From contig NC_068982.1 of NCBI RefSeq assembly GCF_001194135.2, positions 86,296,416 to 86,338,932 on the forward strand: a stretch of DNA of 42,517 nucleotides. The letters run 5' to 3'. Shown piece after piece: positions 30,747 to 42,517 of this stretch. The notes beneath the pieces are model-generated. The model made no database searches and had not been told where the DNA came from. It was given only the letters and a program-made list of their open reading frames with translations. This DNA comes from Octopus bimaculoides (taxonomy: Eukaryota). Position 1 is the stretch's first letter; every line of letters starts with the position of its first letter. Both the position numbers and the translations under genes were made by a program.

Positions 30747-31915
30747 TCTTCTTATTAATAACTGCATAGATTTTTATCAGGTAAACCGACATCTGACTGT
30801 TCAACGAAGACTTCAAAATAACTAATAGCAACTTCTCTTGAAAATTAACAAAACTTGGCATTGTGGTTTTATCAAGTACCTGCGGAAAAGGGTTTAGCTC
30901 CCAAATATTCTCATGCTGACATGCTTGTTACATTAGTGGATGATGCTCCAGGGTTTCAAAAGGGCAAAAGTGGGTAGCTGAATTTAGGAGGGGAAGGGAA
31001 TCTTGAAGATGACCCAAAGTCTGAATGTCCTGCAACTGCCACCACCAAGGAAAACATCGATCATGTTCATCACATGGTGGTAGATGACAGGTGATTGACT
31101 ATAAATCAAATAGCCAAGGTTATTACCAAATCCTATGAGATAGTCAAAAAAATCTGCACAATGAACTTGGTGGGTACCAAGTCTTCTCATACCTGATCAA
31201 AAGCACACCAGGCTGATCACAACAGGGAAAATTTGACATTGTCTGAAGCAAATCCAACTTGTTTCCTCGAATGCTTCCTAACTCAGGATGAGTGTTGACT
31301 TCATCACTTTGAGCTAGACAATCTATGCAGTAAAAACACCCTTTCTCACCTGCTCCAAAGAAGGACAACATTGTTTCATCTGCAGGGAAGGTGATAGTCT
31401 CAAGTTTTGGGATGCAAAAGGTATTGTGTTTATGGACTATTTTCAAAAGGGCCACACTATCAATGGAGAGTAATATGCCAACTTGTTACAAAATGTTTTC
31501 AAGACCAAACGCCCAGGAAAACTGACGAAAGTGGTCTTGTTTCATCAGGACAATTCTCTGCACATAAGTCTTTGGTTTCAATGGCTGCTGTGCATAATTG
31601 TAGCTTTGAATTGGTTGATCAGTATCCCTATTCTCCTGATTTCACCTTATCAGACTATCATTTGTTTCCCAACATGAAAAAAACATTTGGCTGGGAACCA
31701 GTACCACAGTGATGGTGATGTCATATCTGCTGTTGATAACTTTTTTTGACCAACAGAATGAAAGCTTCTTCACCAATGAAATTCAGGCACTGCAATATCA
31801 ATGGAAGAAGTGTGTGGACTACAGGTGGGGGTCTATGTTGAAAAATAAACTTCATTTGGTCACACTCCATGAGAATATTTTGGTTAGCCTATGAACTTTT
31901 CAATTGACCATCATA
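30747..31915 (+). mobile_element. mariner transposon fossil (same family as 19430-20322), left TIR not seen
   Basis: TQDEC*LHHFE, FWDAKGIVFMDY, FHQDN, PYSPDFTLSDYHLFPNMK (mariner D34D-type). Right TIR ggttagcctatgaacttttcaattgaccatca followed by TA (31914-31915). Confidence 0.92.
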
Positions 31916-32269
31916 GTAAAGAGCCCAAGCTATACTCTTTCATTTGGTTATGTCCAAAGATTGTTAATTTGCTTATTCACATTTGGACACTTCTTCAGTA
32001 TAAGATTATCATACACTAGAGTAAGTGGAGTAAGAGCACACACGAAGACAAAAACTGTTACTGAATAGGTCACAGATGTGTGATAAAAGATTTCCAGCCA
32101 ATGGATATGAGTTAAAATAGAAACAGTAATAAAAAACTGAAGAACAAATATATAGTGCGTGTGCTTATTTGGCAAAAATGAAATGACATCTTGTAATACA
32201 ACAATATCTGCTTCAACACACGATTTCACATCAGGAATCTTGCAACACAAATTGATAAACGTAACTATT

Positions 32270-32863
<594 letters not shown>

Positions 32864-32864
32864 G

Positions 32865-32879
32865 TGGTAACTCCGACAT
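32865..32879 (+). promoter_or_regulatory. Primer-binding site complementary to the tRNA-Trp 3' end
   Basis: TGGTAACTCCGACAT versus the canonical TGGTGACCCCGACGT (12/15), 1 nt after the LTR. Confidence 0.8.
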
Positions 32880-33169
32880 CGGAAAATATCCACCAGATAT
32901 TTTCCTTAAAAAAAAGGGGGGGGGCAGGAGATACATGTTAAAACAAAAAAAAAAATGTATTTTGAATAGCTTGTTTTGACATCCAAGTGTGTGAATATTC
33001 TGTTGTTTACAATACGGCGGATGGCCTCTGTCTCCATTGCTTGACCATGTGCCTCACAAATGCGTCCTAATGCTTTGCTTCGTTTTCGTCTGGATTTTGC
33101 CTGCTCACCACCATTGCTCAACATTACTCGAGTTTGTCTTATCATAGGTTCTAATATACAAATTTGGAG

Positions 33170-33580
33170 TGAGAATATGAGTCACGAAAGCATGGACATC
33201 ACTCCCATCGACCAGCTGGCCTTGTCTGCCAATAGAATTTTGGAGTACACTGGAAATGGAACTGCAGACAACAAATTGGCTGCTGTTTCTCCTTCTCCCT
33301 CAACAGTCGTAGATTCATTTCAGCAGCCTGATTCCACTCAAGTGGACACTCTGCAGGCCATTTAGGAACTCACTGTGCAGGTGAAGAAGCTATGTGCCAC
33401 TCAGAATTTGCCACGACGGCGAACATTCAGCCAGTCACCCTCCCCCATGTGACATGCCTTACCCTCTGCCTCCTCATCAGACTTATGCTGGTATCATCAT
33501 CGCTTTGGCCGAAATGCTAGGAAGTGCATTCAACCGTGCTCACATTTGAGTCAGGGAAACGCCACTACGGGACGCTAAGC
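33170..33580 (+). pseudogene. gag: Gag C-terminal remnant with CHCC zinc knuckle
   Basis: PIDQLALSANRILE..ELTVQVKKL..CWYHHRFGRNARKCIQPC (33486-33539; C-x2-H-x9-C-x3-C). Confidence 0.88.
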
Positions 33581-36500
33581 ATGGCAGCTGGTCCCAGTAC
33601 ACATCCCCAGAGCCGTGCATTTTTCGTAAAAGATTGTTCATCATGCAAATTTTTCCTGGTAGATTCTGGTGCAGCTTGTAGTATTTGACTGCTGAAATTC
33701 ATCAAGGACAAGCCTCCTCTATCGGATGTTACCTTGCAAGCTGTCAACCACTCACTCATTTCAACATATGGTCAAGTCTTTCTTTCCCTGGATTTGACCC
33801 TTCAACAGAACTTCAAGTGGATTTTTATCATTGCTGATCTGCTCTACCCAATCCTAGGCGCAGATTTTCTCCATCAGTTTTCCCTCATGGTTGATGTTCA
33901 TAAGCAGAGACTTGTAGATAGCACCTCTGACCTCCATATTCCTGAATGAATATCGAGTACTCCTGCAGCCAGCCCAGTTTTCTTCAAAGTCTCAGCTGGT
34001 GATCAGTACTAGGCTATTTTCAACTCTTTTCTGGAACTGATCAAGCTAAACTTCCAAGTGGATAACCCTGCCCACTCGACAAGGCATTTTATTGCTACAA
34101 CCGGGCCTCCTGTTTTTTCTCAACCACATCACCTACCTCCAGAGAAGCTTAAGGAGGTCAAGGCGGAATTTGCCCACATGCTCCAGCTAGGAATTATCTG
34201 CCCCTCCACCAGCCAACGGGCCTCACCGTTGCACATGGTCCCCAAAGGATCAGGTGATTGGCATCCTACAGGAGATTTCTGACACCTAAATGCTATTACT
34301 GTCCCAGACTGTTATCCGATCTCATCTCCAGGACTTGCTTCATCCTTACAGGGGTGTACCATGTTCTCTAAGCTCAATCTGGTTAGGGCCTACTATCAGA
34401 TTCCTGTGCACCCAGAAAACATCCCTAAAACTGCTGTGACAACATCGTTTGACACTTCTGAATTTCTGACAATGCTGTTTGGGTTTCGTAATGCTGCCAG
34501 TACATTCCAGTGCTTTATAGAGGAGGTCATTCATGGGATGGACTTTGTCTATGCTTATACCAATGATCTGTTGATTGCCAGTTCCAGTGCTGAAGAGCAT
34601 GTACAACATTTAAAGCTGCTCTTCCAGCACCTGACCCAATTCAGAGTTAAAATAAATCCAGCTAAATGTGTTTTTGGATCCTCTTCACTCGTTTTCCTTG
34701 GCCACCTCATCAATAACCCTTTCGTTACCAAACCGCCCAAAGCCGCCCGAAAAAAATTTTGGTTCATGTGACCAAGCCGCCCAAAACCGCCCGTAATCAC
34801 CTATTCATATTTAAATGAGAATATCCGAGCAAATCTCATTAGTACATTCGTGAAAACACGTGATTATTTGTGTAAACAGTTCAGCTACAGTTTTGTATGA
34901 CGATCAANNNNNNNNNNNNNNNNNNNNNNNNNNNNNNNNNNNNNNNNNNNNNNNNNNNNNNNNNNNNNNNNNNNNNNNNNNNNNNNNNNNNNNNNNNNNN
35001 NNNNNNNNNNNNNNNNNNNNNNNNNNNNNNNNNNNNNNNNNNNNNNNNNNNNNNNNNNNNNNNNNNNNNNNNNNNNNNNNNNNNNNNNNNNNNNNNNNNN
35101 NNNNNNNNNNNNNNNNNNNNNNNNNNNNNNNNNNNNNNNNNNNNNNNNNNNNNNNNNNNNNNNNNNNNNNNNNNNNNNNNNNNNNNNNNNNNNNNNNNNN
35201 NNNNNNNNNNNNNNNNNNNNNNNNNNNNNNNNNNNNNNNNNNNNNNNNNNNNNNNNNNNNNNNNNNNNNNNNNNNNNNNNNNNNNNNNNNNNNNNNNNNN
35301 NNNNNNNNNNNNNNNNNNNNNNNNNNNNNNNNNNNNNNNNNNNNNNNNNNNNNNNNNNNNNNNNNNNNNNNNNNNNNNNNNNNNNNNNNNNNNNNNNNNN
35401 NNNNNNNNNNNNNNNNNNNNNNNNNNNNNNNNNNNNNNNNNNNNNNNNNNNNNNNNNNNNNNNNNNNNNNNNNNNNNNNNNNNNNNNNNNNNNNNNNNNN
35501 NNNNNNNNNNNNNNNNNNNNNNNNNNNNNNNNNNNNNNNNNNNNNNNNNNNNNNNNNNNNNNNNNNNNNNNNNNNNNNNNNNNNNNNNNNNNNNNNNNNN
35601 NNNNNNNNNNNNNNNNNNNNNNNNNNNNNNNNNNNNNNNNNNNNNNNNNNNNNNNNNNNNNNNNNNNNNNNNNNNNNNNNNNNNNNNNNNNNNNNNNNNN
35701 NNNNNNNNNNNNNNNNNNNNNNNNNNNNNNNNNNNNNNNNNNNNNNNNNNNNNNNNNNNNNNNNNNNNNNNNNNNNNNNNNNNNNNNNNNNNNNNNNNNN
35801 NNNNNNNNNNNNNNNNNNNNNNNNNNNNNNNNNNNNNNNNNNNNNNNNNNNNNNAGTTTGGAAAAGATTTGTGAATCAAATACTGGGTACTGCTCTGGAT
35901 TTTAATTTTATACTGGCAAAAGAGACAGTAATAAATCCAGTAATGTGCACAACTCTTCTATAATAATATTTTGTTGTATACCCAATTGAATATTAGCTAA
36001 TTTTAATAATTTTATATTTTGTTGAATTTACCTGTATTTACCTGTAATTAAAGTCACTTTGTGACCAAAATTTTGGTATAGAATTGGTTGAGAACCCTTC
36101 GTTAAATTATCTTCCAAAAATCACATTAATATGTTGATAAATAAAAAAGTTGTTTAATGAAACCAGCCTAAATTTATGATTATGTTAGAAATTAATTGAA
36201 ACACATAAGGGGTGTAATTTGGTGAGAAATATGGTTAGGCCTCTTCCTGAAAAAGTCCAGGCTATTCAAGAACTACCTCCTCCTACCTCACTCCAGCAGC
36301 TTCGTCATTTCCTGGGATTATTGAACTTTTATAGGCGTTTTATCCCCTACTGTGTGAAGCACCTTGCTCCTCTTACTGAGCTTTTAAAGGATCATAAGAA
36401 CAAAAATGAAGCTATTTCACTTTCACCTTCCCAAATTGATGCCTTTCGAGCAGTAAAGCGTGAACTTGTGCAAGCCTCGCTGTTAACGCACCGTTTATGG

Positions 36501-38176
36501 CGGAAAGCTTTCGCTTGTAGTGGACACATCAAATACAGCTGTAGGCGCCATTTTGAAACAGTTTCATCAAGAGCGTATACAAACTTTGGCATTTTTCTCT
36601 CAGCAGCTGAAATCAACCGAGACCCGCTATAGCACTTTTGGATGTGAATTATTGGCAGCAAAACACTTCCATCATTACCTTGAAGTGAGACAGTTTGCCA
36701 TCTACACAGACCATAAACCTCTTACATTCGCCTTATGGTCTAAGCCTGAAAAATATTTGCCGAGCAACATTCAGCAACATTCAGCATATCTCAGGAACCC
36801 AGAACACTGCTGTTGATGTTTTGTTCCATTTGCCAATCAACTCATTACCACCCACTTCTGCAATTGAATTAACTGTTTTGGCTTCAGGCCAGCTTCCTTT
36901 CGATTCATTTGACACCACATCTGCTGAATTTGCAACATGTAAATTCAAGTACCTGCCCATACTGACTGTCGACAGGAACATCTTGTGCGACATATCGGAG
37001 AAGCATCGAGGGTTGTCTTCGATGCCTTGCATAATTTTGCTCATCCTGGCATCGCGGCCTCGGTAAAACTCATTACGACTAGATTTTTCTGGCCAAACAT
37101 GAGACGGGATGTTACCGAATGGTCTCTTCGATGCCTGTCTTCGATGCCAAAAGTCTAAAGTGCACAAGCATATTTGGGCACCTCTCGGTACTTTAAACTA
37201 TCCTGACACTCATTTCTCTCACGTGCATATTGATATTGTGGGACTGTGGCCTATCAGTCGGGGATTTACATATATCTTGACTTGTATTGATCACTTCAGC
37301 CGATGGCCTGAAGCAATTCCATTAACAGACATTACTGCTGAATCTGTAGCGCGAGCTCTAGTATCAGGATGGATATCACGCTATGGTGTTCCCACCACCA
37401 TCATTACAGACCGCGGCAGACAGTTCGAATCACACCTCTTTTCGGAGTTGATAAAAATGATTGGGGCTCAATGGATTAGGACTACCAGCCACCATCTGAC
37501 CTTGAACAGCATCGTGGAACGATTCTACCATCAGCTGAAAGCTGCTTTATGAGCCTCTCTTGACATCCAGCATTGGACCAAGTATCTTCCTATTGTTCTC
37601 TTCGGTATCCGAACATCAGTTAAGGAGGACCTTGGCTTCTCTCTAGCCGAGCTGCTTTATGGTGCCTGTTTGTCCTTGCCAGGACAGATGCTCACCCCAG
37701 CTGATCTTACTACTCAAAATCCAGCATTTTATGCTAACTGCCTGCATGTATACTTTCAGGAGCTTCCACCAATGAGCACTCGGCAGCAAATAATAAAATC
37801 TTTGGTCCCCAAGGATATTGCCTCGTGGACTCACGTTTTTGTATGTAAGGATGCAGTGAGAAGTCCCCTCACTCCCCTTTACTCAGGACCTTATCACGTG
37901 TTGGCACACAATGATAAAAATTTCCCTATAGCCTTGAATGGTTCCCGAGAAACAGTCTCGGTTGATACACTTAAAGAGCCTTATACAGACGTGCTCACAC
38001 CAGAACCTCATACTCCCCCATCCTACATTATACAACAGGAAAATACTGCATCACTGCATCCACCACCAGCTCAACTACACGGTTCTTCCCCACACCCATC
38101 AACATACGTCATGACAACTCACAGTGGCAGTTGTGTCAACTGGTCTAAGAAACTTTGTAAAACTATTTTTACATGA
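33581..38176 (+). pseudogene. pol: Pol remnant (protease, RT, RNase H, integrase), interrupted at about 34714-36237
   Basis: FLVDSG (33662-33670), ILGADFL, ASPLHMVPK, FSKLNLVRAYYQIP, MLFGFRNAASTFQ, YAYTND (mutated YxDD), FLGLLNFYRRFIP, DTSNTAVGA, YTDHKPL, AHPG..WPNM..C..CQ, HIDIVG/ITDRG/VER (D-D35-E). Confidence 0.95.
34714..36237. mobile_element. Non-autonomous DNA element inserted in the Gypsy RT (gap at 34908-35854)
   Basis: Left end TAACCCTTTCGTTACC with four subterminal A(A/G)CCGCCC motifs; right end AAATATGGTTA. RT reads FLGHLIN on the left and RPLPEKV on the right. Confidence 0.8.
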
Positions 38177-38874
38177 AACTCATATTCTATTTGTCTTTTC
38201 TTTTCCTATTTAATACATTTACTCTGTTTTCCTTTTCATGTATAAGCTTGCTTACCTTGATTCTGCATCCACTAATTTTGGTATGGCATTTGTTGCCTTT
38301 TACATCTCAAAGACCTTTTCTTTCTGTGTATATTATATGTTAACATGTTTCAATGTTCATACACACATGCACCACATTCTAGAATTTTAGTTGCTTTCTC
38401 ATTGCTCCTATATGCTAGCACCTCCAGCCTCTGCAAGTGACCCACCACTCTTGCAAGCTTACAACAGAAGCCTCTGTAAATAACCTACCACTCTTGCTAA
38501 CTTAAAACACCTTGACTCTAGCATCCTGTGATTTCCAGTTTCCTGGACAGTTGTTATCACATTTGCATGTCAGGCGTTCTCCACCTCAGCTTTGCACCAG
38601 CTGGCACATCCTGTACACTGCCTCAGCTTTGCAGTAGCTGGCACATCCTGCACACTACCTTAACCTTGCATCACATACATTCATACAGATTCTGCAGCTT
38701 TTCATTTGCATATTCTTGTGTTTGCATGCATTACTTGCGTTTTGCCGTTTTCCATGATAATCCTTTCCACGCCCTTGGTATCTCTGCTCACACCTTCTGA
38801 AACACAAGGCAATTACCTTCTTCGGTGCCTACAGTTTAACTCTTTGCCTTTTCACCCATTTCTCTTCTTTTGGT

Positions 38875-38883
38875 CTGGGGGAG
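38875..38883 (+). promoter_or_regulatory. Polypurine tract
   Basis: ctGGGGGAG followed by tttta and TGTAG, the LTR start. Confidence 0.75.
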
Positions 38884-38888
38884 TTTTA

Positions 38889-39372
38889 TGTAGACAAACC
38901 TTATTTGAATCCATTGCTGTCTTTTTTTAATGAGAGTCATCTATAGTTATCGTCCCTGTCACATCGTTAGCAACTAGGTGGCGCTTGTTACATAGCTATA
39001 AAAGATGTGCACAGACAGGTAACACATCCCCTTTTCTCTCACACATTGCCTGCAGCTAGCCATGGTTTCCTCATCTCTGTTCCTGCTACAAGACAACTTC
39101 TCGTTGATTGAATTTTCTTAAATCCTCTTTCACCAGTCATGGAATGTGGCAAGACGAAAACATTTCTTTATTAAAATTCCATTCTGTTTTATTGAATGTT
39201 AATGTTCAAGTTGTATAAATGCTCTCATCCTGGATTGGAATAAATCCCTCATGTACATGAAGTCTTCACAAATGTCACATGAATTGTTGTTGTTCCTCAC
39301 TGGATTGATTCTAACAGAGATCGAAGGATGACTGAACATTATATTAAACTAGTGGGCTAAAAATCCACTAAA
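38889..39372 (+). repeat. 3' LTR
   Basis: Begins TGTAG after the PPT, ends CTAAA, and is colinear with the 5' LTR. Confidence 0.93.
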
Positions 39373-39377
39373 TATAA

Positions 39378-39700
39378 NNNNNNNNNNNNNNNNNNNNNNN
39401 NNNNNNNNNNNNNNNNNNNNNNNNNNNNNNNNNNNNNNNNNNNNNNNNNNNNNNNNNNNNNNNNNNNNNNNNNNNNNNNNNNNNNNNNNNNNNNNNNNNN
39501 NNNNNNNNNNNNNNNNNNNNNNNNNNNNNNNNNNNNNNNNNNNNNNNNNNNNNNNNNNNNNNNNNNNNNNNNNNNNNNNNNNNNNNNNNNNNNNNNNNNN
39601 NNNNNNNNNNNNNNNNNNNNNNNNNNNNNNNNNNNNNNNNNNNNNNNNNNNNNNNNNNNNNNNNNNNNNNNNNNNNNNNNNNNNNNNNNNNNNNNNNNNN
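39378..39700. other. Assembly gap
   Basis: Run of N. Confidence 1.
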
Positions 39701-39724
<24 letters not shown>

Positions 39725-39733
<9 letters not shown>

Positions 39734-39940
39734 GTTTGTCTCCTCACCATTGCTTGACAACCGATGCTGGTGTGTTTACGTCCCTGTAACTTAGCGGTTT
39801 GGCAAAAGAGACCAATAGAATAAGTACTAGGCTTACAAAGAATAAGTCCTGGGGTCGATTTGTTCAACTAAAGGCAGTGCTCCAGCATGGCCGCAGTCAA
39901 ATGACTGAAACAAGTAAAAGAGTAAAAAAGAATAAAGAGT
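39725..39940 (+). mobile_element. 3' half of the tRNA-derived SINE (head probably in the gap)
   Basis: gcttgacaaccgatgctggtgtgtttacgtcc..aataagtcctggggtcgatttg..gctccagcatggccgcagtcaaatgactgaaacaagtaaaagagt. Confidence 0.9.
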
Positions 39941-39950
39941 ATATATATAC

Positions 39951-40117
39951 ACAATGGGATTCTTTCAGTTTCCATCTACCTAATCCACTCACAAGGCTTT
40001 GGTCGGCCCAACGCTATTGTAGAAGACACTTGCCCAAGGTGTCATGTAGTGGGACTGAACCTGGAGCCATGTGGTTGGTAAGCAAGCTACTTACCACACA
40101 GCTACTCCTGTGCCTAT
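39951..40117 (-). mobile_element. SINE 5' head and core
   Basis: Minus strand ataggcacaggagtagctgtgtggtaag (A box) ..ggttcagtccc (B box) ..ccttgggcaagtgtcttct..gtgagtggatt. Confidence 0.9.
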
Positions 40118-40139
40118 TATATATATATGTTCTTTGCAT

Positions 40140-40690
40140 ATTCTCTGTAGGAGTAGAGCCTCAGTTCTTTTACTCTCTCCAGTTGCTCATCTGTTGCACT
40201 AAGTCAATCTTTTTTATATAGCAGCATAGGATTGCCTTGAGTTCTGCTGTTAGTTTGACACTTTGTAACAACCATAGTTGGGAGTAGTAATCTAATGAAC
40301 TGAGAACAAATATTCTCCATAGAAATAGCATAGTATCCTTCTTCCTTGTTCTGGATGATCTCAAAATCCAACCACCCACTCACTTGCAGTAATAAGTAAT
40401 AAGCACATGGAATGATGCATCATTAATCTTGTGGATTTCCAGGTGAAACACAGACACTGACTCTGAGATTGCATTCCTCCTTGGTTCTCTGTTTTCTGCT
40501 TGCAGTCTGTACACTAATAGTAGAATGTGTGAAAATTCTTAGCATTGAACAGCAAGTTATTGCATATCTGTAAGCTAGCTATTTTCTAGGAACATGATCA
40601 GTCTCCTTCTGACAATGCACTCTGTGACTTTTACTAGCATGAGGTCAGAGAGATAGGCTTGTAAGCATTTAGCATGTGCTCTGCTTCCTC
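40140..40690 (-). mobile_element. CR1/L2-group LINE fragment with the RT core deleted
   Basis: KVTECIVRRRLIMFLEN (RT N-part) joined within about 250 bp to GWILRSSRTRKKDTMLFLWRIFVLSSLDYYSQLW..KKID..NWRE (C-part). Confidence 0.75.
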
Positions 40691-42114
40691 CCTTATGGAC
40701 ACATAATATTGAATACTTTTTTTTTTGCTTAATTACAATTCATACAAGCGTGAAATCCTTATATATGTATGTATACTTAAGAGTAGATATAAATAATGAT
40801 TAATATCTCAATATGGATTTTCAAATTTTACTCTTTGACAAAAAGGTTATTTTTATTATCTTAAAATTTCTAAATAAGAAAAAATAACTTTTACTTACAT
40901 TCAGCTCTATCATATTTTTCTGTAACTTCCAAATTTGCCCTACAAAACCAAAAAGTATGTACACTTTCCAATCAATAAAGAAAAAAGTGCATTGCCTCCA
41001 TAAAAATTTTTTATGAATATCTAATACATGTCATTCATAAAAACAATTGGAAACTAAACAAAGTTTACTATCAGGTCAAAATTAAAATGTTAGAATATAT
41101 CAAAAGTCATCAATATTCATGAAATCATGTAAACTAATTCAAAACATGAATGAATTACATCAAGGAATTCTTATTAATTTATAATTATATAAAAAAATTC
41201 CAGTAGCAGTTCCTGTTTGACCCTCTGCAAATCCCAAATTTTATTTTGGCTCACGGGAGCAACTGCCGTTTGAAGTTTCATATTGTTCTTAAATGCTCAA
41301 AATGGGGGTAGATAGACAGCCGAAAACTGATGAAGAGTCATTCTTTATGTTACTTGTCTTGGTTTCCATTTGTTTCTCTCATTGTTTGCATACTCCAAAT
41401 TTGTCTTCGTATTTCATGTTGTTTACATTTTGTGACGTCCAGTACCCATCTGTTGTTATGTCAGTTTTATTATTTTTATCGTATTTGTGTAACATTGTTC
41501 ATTTTTATTTTTTTCTGTCCTTGTTTTTGTATACATTCGCTGCTTTCTTCCAAGGAATCTAATGCTCTTAGCTTAGTTTTTCCTTGGGGCTGGCTGGATT
41601 GGAGCAATATCAAGAATGACCAGCCGAAATTGCAAGGATAATCTGGATCTCAACTGAAGAAAGAAAACTCCGAATGACCTGTCCATGTTTTCTTTGTATC
41701 GTCTATCTGTATGTTTTGTCCCTTTCATATATCACATAACTGTCTGGATATTTTGCGTCCTTGTCCTATTTTGTATTATTTATACATATATACATAGCGG
41801 CGTACGTACAACTTGTCTCTTATATGTAAGTATACATTTTTCTAAAATCTTGTACGACTATTTCTGTCTATCAGCTCCTTCAACCATATTCGTTCATTCC
41901 ACTGTTCATTCTTTCGTTCCACCTCGCTCACATTTCCTTGCCTTCTCTTCTTTCCCTCCACTTTTCACTTCACTGTGTCCCTGTCATTTTTCTCGCCCCT
42001 CCCTAATTCTTTTGTCCCTTTACCTCTACCTCTCTCTCTTCTCTTCCCATGTGACCGGTGTTCGGCCAAGCATTATCTTTCATATATATATATATAATTA
42101 TATATTCAATTGAT

Positions 42115-42271
42115 TTCTTTCAGTTTCTGTCTACAAAATCCACTCACAAGTCTTTTGTTGGTCTGAGGCTATAGCAGAAGACACATGCCAAGTCACCACA
42201 CAATGGGACTAAACACAGAACCATGTGTTTTAGAACCAAGTTTCTTACTACACAGCCACACCTGCACCTAT
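42115..42271 (-). mobile_element. SINE 5' head and core, more decayed
   Basis: Minus strand ataggtgcaggtgtggctgtgtagtaag..tttagtcccattgtg..gtgagtggattttgtagacagaaactgaaagaa. Confidence 0.85.
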
Positions 42272-42517
42272 GTGTGTGTGTATGAGTGTATATATGCATG
42301 TATGTGTGTGTGTGTGTGCGCGTACATATTACATGTACATCAATATATATACATGTACATCTATATATATATACATCTTCACATATACATGTATATATAT
42401 ACATCTATATCTATACATATATAAATCGATATATATATATACATGTAAATCTATATATATACATCTTCACATATACAAGTATACATATACAGCTATACAT
42501 ATACATGTATACATATA
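42272..42517. repeat. (GT)/(AT)/(ACAT) low-complexity tract with a ~50-bp internal duplication
   Basis: atatacatgta.atctatatatatatacatcttcacatataca occurs twice (about 42346-42390 and 42437-42477). Confidence 0.85.

Noticed and set aside
41322-41333. GAAA next to CTGATGA as a hammerhead
   Set aside because: Only 1 nt separates the motifs and there are no stems, so no hammerhead topology is possible.
41654-41684. Fourth hammerhead (CTGAAGA..TCCGAAT..CTGTC)
   Set aside because: GAAA is broken, stem II is only 2-3 bp and stem I cannot pair. Too degenerate to call.

Overview
AT-rich eukaryotic (animal) DNA, not prokaryotic. The SINE family, microsatellite load and TE mix look like an octopus or other cephalopod draft assembly (inference from recalled repeat sequences, not a search result). 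There are five N-gaps. I could not support any host gene exon, rRNA, tRNA gene or CRISPR array. The window is a nested transposon graveyard and every coding remnant carries stops or frameshifts. Contents: (i) four RTE-clade LINE pieces, two with a PHD-type C4HC3 zinc finger just after the RT core and two with a ~66-bp hairpin-unit array in the 3' UTR; (ii) five Penelope-like (GIY-YIG) remnants of two types and three degenerate type I hammerhead-ribozyme motifs; (iii) a Tx1/L1-type LINE that keeps ORF1, APE and the C-terminal zinc domain but has lost the whole RT; (iv) two CR1/L2-like fragments; (v) two mariner fossils and a mariner MITE; (vi) a hAT (ZMYM1/DUF4371-like) fossil split by a foldback element with telomere-like repeats at its centre; (vii) a full-span CsRn1/Boudicca-type Gypsy element (two LTRs, tRNA-Trp PBS, CHCC Gag knuckle) with a DNA element inserted in its RT; (viii) several tRNA-derived SINE pieces. 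Coordinates were counted by hand, and boundaries of decayed elements are approximate.
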